The notes beneath the pieces were generated by a model that was given only the letters and a program-made list of their open reading frames with translations, ran no database searches and had not been told where the DNA came from. This document shows, one piece after another, positions 58,382 through 64,000 of a DNA stretch of 64,000 nucleotides. Location: the NCBI GenBank assembly GCA_038213375.1, contig JBBQTB010000015.1:385-64384 (forward strand), written 5' to 3'. Each line of letters begins with the position of its first letter. The stretch's first letter is position 1. Both the position numbers and the translations under genes were made by a program. Origin of the DNA: Bacteroidales bacterium (lineage in GTDB: Bacteria; Bacteroidota; Bacteroidia; Bacteroidales; JAAUTT01).

Positions 58382-58925
58382 TCACGGGTGAAGGGACGGT
58401 TGGAAAAAGGTTGGTGTAAAGATGAAGTAAACCCGTCCGTTCAGACGTGATGAAGGTGCCGGGGTTTGGGGGTGGATTAGAGCCACCAATTAAAAAAGCT
58501 TTTTTAAAAACTGTCACAGATAAAAAACAATGTGTAAAAGTGGGTAACTGTGAGTCGTTGTGAGCCGTAAGCGAGTGTGGCCGGGGGCTTGCAAAAGGGA
58601 ACATGAAGGATTGAGTGTTCTTTTGCAAGTCCCGCACGCGGCAAAGGGCCGTAACAACTTTAATAAATACACAACCTACCGGCCCTGCAGCCCCGGCCAC
58701 CCGTAGGCGAGCCAAACATGGGCAGCATCCGGGCCGTAAGCGTTGCCGTTAAGTTACGGTTATGTTGCTGTGGGCTTTGTGGCAATGCTTACGGAACGGG
58801 GGGCGCTGCCATGAGGAGGCGGAAGGAACGCTAAAGGCATGACGGCCTTGCCCTTGTTTGTAACTGTAAGTAAATAAGAGCTGTAAAAAGGGCAACCCAA
58901 CGGGCGGTACAGCTTATTTTTTAAC
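58382..58925 (+). ncRNA. Candidate large structured RNA (or ori/ssi-type DNA structure) of the element; strand tentative
   Basis: ORF-free and locally very GC-rich (43 of 60 bases G/C in 58681-58740). At least 7 nested stems. Two G-T pairs are tolerated only as G-U on the + strand. See findings. Confidence 0.4.
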
Positions 58926-58970
58926 CCTTAAAAATAAACATAAAAAAATGGGCTGTGCCGGGCTGGCGTG

Positions 58971-59068
58971 GCTTTTGCTGACGACTGAGGACGAATACCG
59001 CTTTTCCGACGTGCGTGTAAGGAGCTGTCGGTATTTATGGGGCTTACATGCGGGTGGAGGTCTCTTTC
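58971..59068. repeat. Structured repeat copy C (3' of ORF6N gene), with internal deletion
   Basis: CTTTTGCTG-ACGACTG..GAATACCG-(loop)-CGGTATT-TATGGGGCTTACATGCGGG. Abuts the ORF6N stop codon. Confidence 0.5.
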
Positions 59069-59626
59069 TTAACTCTCCTGTTTCGGGGGCTTAAAACCTA
59101 TTTTGGGGCGTTGTTTTTGTTCGAGTTCCTGTTGCTTGGATTTCTCAAATTGCTTCAGGTATTCAAATACCAATAAAATTCTGTCTTCATGGTCACTTAC
59201 CTGATTCTTTATCCGTTCTATCTCCAATAACACATCTTTATGGGTCATCAACATTTCACGCATCCTATTAAAAATACGGACTATTTGGATGTTTACATGT
59301 ATTGCCCGGTCACTGTTCAGTATGCTTGCAAGCATTACTGCGCCATGCTCGGTAAAAACATACGGCAAATATGGAGAGAACTTAAGCTTTTTAAGGTGGT
59401 CGCAATTTGCGACCACCTGATCTTTCTCTTGTTCAGTCAATTGGAACATAAAATCTTCAGGAAAGCGTTTAACATTACGTTTAACTTGTTCATTGAGCCT
59501 CTTTGTGGTTACTCCGTATAATTCAGCCAAATCACTATCAATCATAACTTTTAAATCCCTAACAAGTAGTATTTTACTCATTATTAATTCATCCGGGATT
59601 GCAATGTTTTTTATTGGCTCAGTCAT
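59069..59626 (-). CDS. ORF6N-domain (KilA-N-like DNA-binding) protein
   Basis: 185 aa: ILLVRDLKVMIDSDLAELYGVTTKRLNEQVKRNVKRFPEDFMFQLT...FTEHGAVMLASIL is the ORF6N signature. Confidence 0.85.
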   Translation of the reverse strand: MTEPIKNIAIPDELIMSKILLVRDLKVMIDSDLAELYGVTTKRLNEQVKRNVKRFPEDFMFQLTEQEKDQVVANCDHLKKLKFSPYLPYVFTEHGAVMLASILNSDRAIHVNIQIVRIFNRMREMLMTHKDVLLEIERIKNQVSDHEDRILLVFEYLKQFEKSKQQELEQKQRPKIGFKPPKQES

Positions 59627-59708
59627 ATTTAATTGTTTTACAGTTACAAAACTATTATTTTTTTCTTTGGTTTTGTTTTTAAGGTCACAATTTACAACCT
59701 TAAAACTT

Positions 59709-60572
59709 TCATTTCAATGGATGATACTTATTAATTCCGGCCTTCAGCTCCTCTATCCCCGTCTGCCTGTATTTCTCCGTACTTCCGGTGTATTTATGCC
59801 CGGCAAAGACCTGCACCAACCGTAAGTCATGGCCGGATTTTAAAAGGTTAGCGATGACCGATTGACGGATAGTTTTTGTATTTAAATTTCGGCCGGGGAA
59901 CAGGTATTGTGCTGTTTCCAGCAGGTAGCTGATGCCTTCTCCATTTTCAGGTGTTCCGGATTTGGTAAGTATTAAACTGTCGGTTTCGACTGTCTTTAAT
60001 TTCTGTCGGATGTTATGAATATACTTGTAAATTAACATGATCTGGTTTGGTCTTAATTTCAACGTCCGGCTGTTGGTCTTGGTGTCGGGTTTTATGTAGA
60101 TTGTTCCGGCTTCCAGATCAATATCTTTTAAGGTTAAACTTACGATGTCATTTCTGGTTAAGCCTTGGTAAATGAGTAAACTTATGATTGCCTGGTTCTT
60201 TATCTTCACATCTTTGTAGCGTTCTTTGCGTTCCATCAGCAGTTCCAGTTCTTCGGGTTTAAACAGGTCTTGTATTTGTATGTCCCTACTGGTTTTGTCC
60301 TTTAATTGGAGGTTGCGGCAGGGGTGGTCGTTGCGCTGCCCGGTGTGGTTGAGCCAGTAATAATATTTCTTGATGGCATGTATAATGACTTTTATTGTTT
60401 GGGGGTTGCTGTATTTCTTTCGCAATGTCCCCACGTAGTCCATTATATCACTGTAGGTTGCTGATTGTGCTTTTTGCTGGGTGATTGCTTCGAAGAAGTT
60501 TTCTATATCCCTGTAATAGCGGGATGCGGTGCTTTTTGTATGCCTTTTTTGTAAATACTCTTTTAGGTTCAT
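59709..60572 (-). CDS. Tyrosine-type recombinase/integrase (second of tandem pair)
   Basis: 287 aa with catalytic-region residues GLTRND, TIRQSVIANLL, AGHKY and EKYRQ. Its ATG overlaps the upstream integrase stop (ATGA). Confidence 0.9.
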   Translation of the reverse strand: MNLKEYLQKRHTKSTASRYYRDIENFFEAITQQKAQSATYSDIMDYVGTLRKKYSNPQTIKVIIHAIKKYYYWLNHTGQRNDHPCRNLQLKDKTSRDIQIQDLFKPEELELLMERKERYKDVKIKNQAIISLLIYQGLTRNDIVSLTLKDIDLEAGTIYIKPDTKTNSRTLKLRPNQIMLIYKYIHNIRQKLKTVETDSLILTKSGTPENGEGISYLLETAQYLFPGRNLNTKTIRQSVIANLLKSGHDLRLVQVFAGHKYTGSTEKYRQTGIEELKAGINKYHPLK

Positions 60573-61453
60573 AGTTCTGATAATCTTTTCTTTGATATTC
60601 TGGTATAAAGCTGTGTTGCCTCTAAATGCTTATGCCCTAAAAAATCACGCACATATTCTACTGACAGGCCGTTTTCTAAAAGGTGGGTGGCGATGGAGTG
60701 GCGCAGGTTGTGCAAACTGATTGCGCTTTCTATTCCTGCTTTTTTAAGGATGGCTTTTACTATTTTGTTGTAACCGTTCCCGTTTGTCCTCTTTCCTCCA
60801 CTGTTGGTTATAAATGCAAGTTCATTTTCTTTGGCAAATCGTTCGTTATGCAGGTAGTTTTTAAAATCGTTTTTTACCTTTTCGTTTATTGGTATTGCCC
60901 TGCGCTTGTTGCCTTTGCCTTGCCGTACATACATGAGCGAACTGTTAAAACTGATGTCTTTTATATTCAGGGCAACCCCTTCGCTACGTCTGAGGCCACA
61001 ACCATAAAACAGTCCTATGATGGCTTTCTCCCTGTTGGTTTCGCAGGTTTCATAAAGTTTTTTGATTTCTTCTACAGTAAGAATTTCACGCTCTTGGCTT
61101 TCAGGACGTGGGAAGTTTAGGCCGCTCATTGGGTTTTCGATGATCTCCCCGGTTTGTTCCTGGTAGTTTAAAAACAACCGGATGGCGTAAAGGTGGTGGG
61201 TTATCATCCGGCTGCTTAATCCGCCGGGTTTTCTTTGGTTGGGACGCTGGGTTAAATATTCGTAATGTGCCTGGATGTGTGGGGGCTGGATTTCGTGCAG
61301 GTTGTAAATGTCCTTTTGCGCTAACTGGCTTAAAAACTCGGCCACACAGGTGGGCAACATGCTTTGGCTGCTTTTGGAGTAGCCTAACCGCTCCAGATGG
61401 GTTTTAAATTGCTCCGTATATACACTTTTCTGGGTCATGGGTCGCAAAGCCAA
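60569..61453 (-). CDS. Tyrosine-type recombinase/integrase (XerC/D-like, first of tandem pair)
   Basis: 294 aa with R (GLRRSE), K (GKGNKRR), HxxR (LHNLRHSIATHLL), H (LGHKH) and Y (LYTR). Confidence 0.9.
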   Translation of the reverse strand: MALRPMTQKSVYTEQFKTHLERLGYSKSSQSMLPTCVAEFLSQLAQKDIYNLHEIQPPHIQAHYEYLTQRPNQRKPGGLSSRMITHHLYAIRLFLNYQEQTGEIIENPMSGLNFPRPESQEREILTVEEIKKLYETCETNREKAIIGLFYGCGLRRSEGVALNIKDISFNSSLMYVRQGKGNKRRAIPINEKVKNDFKNYLHNERFAKENELAFITNSGGKRTNGNGYNKIVKAILKKAGIESAISLHNLRHSIATHLLENGLSVEYVRDFLGHKHLEATQLYTRISKKRLSEL

Positions 61454-61542
61454 TTACTAATTACAGATGACAAATTATCAATGATTTATTATCTATTCTG
61501 GCGACCCATTTGGTGAACCAGCGGTTTGGGCTGCCAGTGCTT

Positions 61543-64000
61543 TTAAAGTTCATCGAGTTGGTTTTGCAGGTATTGTTTTATCTTGTTCCTGAGCGCTTTG
61601 ATGTTGTCCCAATACGTTATCTTATAGGTAAAACCACGATTTATAAAACCTCCCGATTGACTTATGTATTCAAGCTCCAATAAATCATTTAAATAGCGTT
61701 GCAATTGGCTTTTGCTAATGTTTAATGCCTGGCGTATTTCCCGTTGGGTAAACTTATAATTCTGGTATTCATTTCCCTGCTTCGTTATAAAAGCCTTCAA
61801 ATCCTCGTAAAACTGCCGTAGGCTGCCGTCCAGCTCGTCTATTTTCAGGATGATGCTCTCGAACATGATTTCGATGGCCGTTTGTATATCTTCCTTTTCG
61901 GTGATTAACCGTCCGTGATGGTCTCGCTTGCGTTGGTATTGGTTTAGGAGCGTGATTTGGTTGATGAAGGCGTGGTAAAGCTCTGTGAGTCGCCGTATTT
62001 TATGGGCTTCGGGTGGCAACAGTATTTTGTTGGCAAAAGGGTTGATGACCTCGTAAGGTTTTAGCATGCGGATACAGTTTTGGATAAATGCCTTTGTTTC
62101 CCGTTCTTCTGCTTTATTAATGCCCCCGGCGGCTCGCCGGTTCTGGTAATTTATAATCCGGTTGGTTTGGGCTTTGCTTTCATCCACGGCCAGTAAAAAA
62201 ATACGGCTCATGTTGTCTTCGTAAATTTCGCCACGGGTGGTGGTGGCGATGCTGCCGATGGGGCCGCGTACCCGTTTTATCTGCGCCCGTATTTGTCCGC
62301 TGCCTTCGTCCTTGGTGCTGGTGGAGCTGATGATCTCGCCATTGCTCTGCAGTTCACGAAAAGCAAATTCGGCTTCTTCTTTCAGGCCGTCAACATCTTC
62401 CAATGCGATGAGTTTGTGCTGTATTTCGTATTCGCCATAATTATAAAAACTACTTTCGGTAACGCGTGTAAGCCGTATCACGTCTTCCTTAGGCATTAAA
62501 TCGGTAATTTGTCGAGATAGATACGTTTTGCCACTTCCGCTACTGCCCTGTATTAGAGCGTGTAACGTGTCGGGCATTTTGTAACTGGTGGCTATTACAA
62601 ACAAAAATATGCGGTTGTTTTCTTCGCCTGTGATCCCTGCTTTTTCTATCTGCTGGTTAAACATTTTTATCAGGTTCTTTTGGTTCAAAAAGCTCAAACA
62701 CCTTTGCTGTTCGGAGATGGGGACAATAACTTTTTCATTCTTTTCTATCGGTTCGCTTTCTTTTATTTGCTGTTCTCTATGGCTATCAAGTAAATCGGTT
62801 AGACGGCTTAAATCTAATTCGATTAAATCAGCCCGTATTCCTAATTTTTCTCCAGCTTCCTTTGCTACTTTTTCCACTTGCTTATCTTCATACAGGTCGG
62901 GTTTGGTGCGGCTTTTTCGGCCTGTTGCGATGTTTTCTATTTCCAGGGTGATTTTCAGGCTGTCCATGGCTTTGGGGATGCCGCCTTTGATATGGTAAAT
63001 GGCGGTTTCGGTTGCGTAGGTTATTTTGTATGGATTGGTGGTATTTAGCTGTTGAGACACCATGCGTGGTGTCTGTATTGTACTGATTGGCTGTTGTCCT
63101 GCTGCTGTTTTTTCTTTTTCACCTGAACTGCTTTCTGTTGAAAAAGAAAAAGGCTTGCCCTGAGCAGGGTCGAAGGGCTTTCTATTGTTTAATAATTCTG
63201 TAAATATTCCCGGCTCATGCCCGGTTGATAAGCTATTAATGTCTTCGCCTTCGGGAGTTTCTACATAACTGATTTTTATTCCCGCTATTATTTCCCTTAA
63301 CTCGCCAGCCCTGGCATTTGCCCCTGTCCTTCCGGCTTCGTCACCATCAAAAAAGAAGATAATTTCTTCTAAATCTTTTAGTTCTTTGATGGCTTGTTTG
63401 TGTTCGTCGGTGATGCCGTTGGTCCCATAGCTTGCAAGTAGCTCGTAATTTTTTGTTATTCCCGAGATTTGTTGTAAACTGGCTGTGTCAATGATGCTTT
63501 CGGTAATGATTAGTTTGGTTGTTTCCGGTTTGGGATAACTTGGGTAAAGCCCTTTGCGGTTTAGGGTGTAGTAATGGCGGGCGTTATCTTTGTCCTTGAT
63601 ACTTCGCCCGTAGAGGGAAACGATTTTATTTTGTTTGTCCCTCAAACCGAAGGTGATGCAGCCTCGCAAATAATTGAAACGGCTTTCTTTAAAGGCATTG
63701 TAGCCTATTTGCAAGGTTTTCCAGTTTAGGTTGCGGCTTTCGGCGTATTCCCTTGCGGTGCTGCTGCTTAAAAAGCTGCTTTGCATTTGCTCAAAGTTAG
63801 CTTGGTAGTTTTGTATAGTTTCTGTTTTGGGTGTGGTTTGTGGCTTGTCATCTCTTGCTTGGCCTTCTGCAAGTTGGGTCAGGTATATCAAAGCTTCATG
63901 GGTGGTTATGTTTTTGTATTTTTCGGTAAGGCTTACGATGTCCATTGTGCCGGCTGTGCAGTTGCTGCTAAAACAGGTGCAGATGTTTTTCTCACGGCTA
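61543..64000 (-). CDS. CHC2-zinc-finger/Toprim DNA primase fused to a P-loop NTPase; N-terminus off the right edge
   Basis: The frame stays open upstream of Met 63945 to base 64000 (..SREKNICTCFSSNCTAGTMDIV.. is the CHC2 finger). Toprim motif (IITESIIDT...FFFDGDEAGR) and Walker A GSSGSGKT. Confidence 0.85.
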   Translation of the reverse strand, partial: SREKNICTCFSSNCTAGTMDIVSLTEKYKNITTHEALIYLTQLAEGQARDDKPQTTPKTETIQNYQANFEQMQSSFLSSSTAREYAESRNLNWKTLQIGYNAFKESRFNYLRGCITFGLRDKQNKIVSLYGRSIKDKDNARHYYTLNRKGLYPSYPKPETTKLIITESIIDTASLQQISGITKNYELLASYGTNGITDEHKQAIKELKDLEEIIFFFDGDEAGRTGANARAGELREIIAGIKISYVETPEGEDINSLSTGHEPGIFTELLNNRKPFDPAQGKPFSFSTESSSGEKEKTAAGQQPISTIQTPRMVSQQLNTTNPYKITYATETAIYHIKGGIPKAMDSLKITLEIENIATGRKSRTKPDLYEDKQVEKVAKEAGEKLGIRADLIELDLSRLTDLLDSHREQQIKESEPIEKNEKVIVPISEQQRCLSFLNQKNLIKMFNQQIEKAGITGEENNRIFLFVIATSYKMPDTLHALIQGSSGSGKTYLSRQITDLMPKEDVIRLTRVTESSFYNYGEYEIQHKLIALEDVDGLKEEAEFAFRELQSNGEIISSTSTKDEGSGQIRAQIKRVRGPIGSIATTTRGEIYEDNMSRIFLLAVDESKAQTNRIINYQNRRAAGGINKAEERETKAFIQNCIRMLKPYEVINPFANKILLPPEAHKIRRLTELYHAFINQITLLNQYQRKRDHHGRLITEKEDIQTAIEIMFESIILKIDELDGSLRQFYEDLKAFITKQGNEYQNYKFTQREIRQALNISKSQLQRYLNDLLELEYISQSGGFINRGFTYKITYWDNIKALRNKIKQYLQNQLDEL

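Larger units (their letters stand above)
54484..64000 (-). mobile_element. Integrative element(s): primase-NTPase, two tyrosine recombinases, ORF6N, RHS toxin tip/immunity, Fic; continues past the right edge
   Basis: Begins where the methyltransferase reading frame breaks. All genes are on the minus strand. Includes a decayed second integrase copy (55915-56186) and repeated end-like sequences. Confidence 0.7.

Noticed and set aside
58555-58600. Group II intron domain V-like string GAGCCGTAAGCG
   Set aside because: No complementary 3' half forms the 34-nt D5 hairpin. There is no GUGYG 5' end, no RT/maturase ORF and no AY 3' end.
58335-58715. 126-aa ORF on the minus strand in the GC-rich noncoding region
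   Set aside because: The composition is low-complexity and Pro/Gly/Ala/Arg-skewed, as expected when reading through GC-rich stems. It has no motif, and it overlaps several perfect stem pairs. I treat the region as noncoding.

Overview
AT-rich Bacteroidota chromosome segment, judged from a SusC/SusD pair, T9SS C-terminal sorting domains and bamD-rpoZ-coaBC-DUF4835-recN synteny. Most of it is housekeeping: trxB, recN, fabI, a fucose operon (fucR-fucI-GH29-fucP), a pheA-DAHP synthase/CM-aroB-aroD-aroC-tyrA operon, a UvrD/PD-(D/E)XK helicase-nuclease and a tRNA-Pro. There are three accessory layers. (1) A decayed toxin-antitoxin island at about 16.6-25 kb holds IS110 and RAYT-like remnants, a VapC fragment, DUF4160/DUF2442, HEPN/MNT, VapBC and a large TPR-CHAT protein. 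A HipBA pair sits at the left edge. (2) Several short palindromic repeat families are present. One forms about 37-bp terminal inverted repeats around a DUF559 endonuclease-like gene (25358-25935), with gene-less copies at 7.2, 25.0 and 48.1 kb. (3) An integrative element runs from about 54.5 kb to past the right edge and appears to be inserted in a SAM-methyltransferase gene. It carries a CHC2/Toprim primase-NTPase, two overlapping tyrosine recombinases, ORF6N, an orphan RHS toxin tip with immunity gene, Fic, and a decayed second integrase copy. The most unusual signals are inside this element. First, a structured repeat recurs at the 3' end of three gene modules, shows compensatory base-pair changes, and has a chromosomal relative at 26.0-26.2 kb. 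Second, a roughly 0.55-kb GC-rich, ORF-free region (58.38-58.93 kb) has many nested stems and is a candidate large ncRNA or cis-acting DNA. Also notable are an F/W/Y-rich leader peptide attenuator upstream of pheA and an unannotated Cys/Gly-rich 36-aa ORF. No CRISPR array or rRNA was seen.
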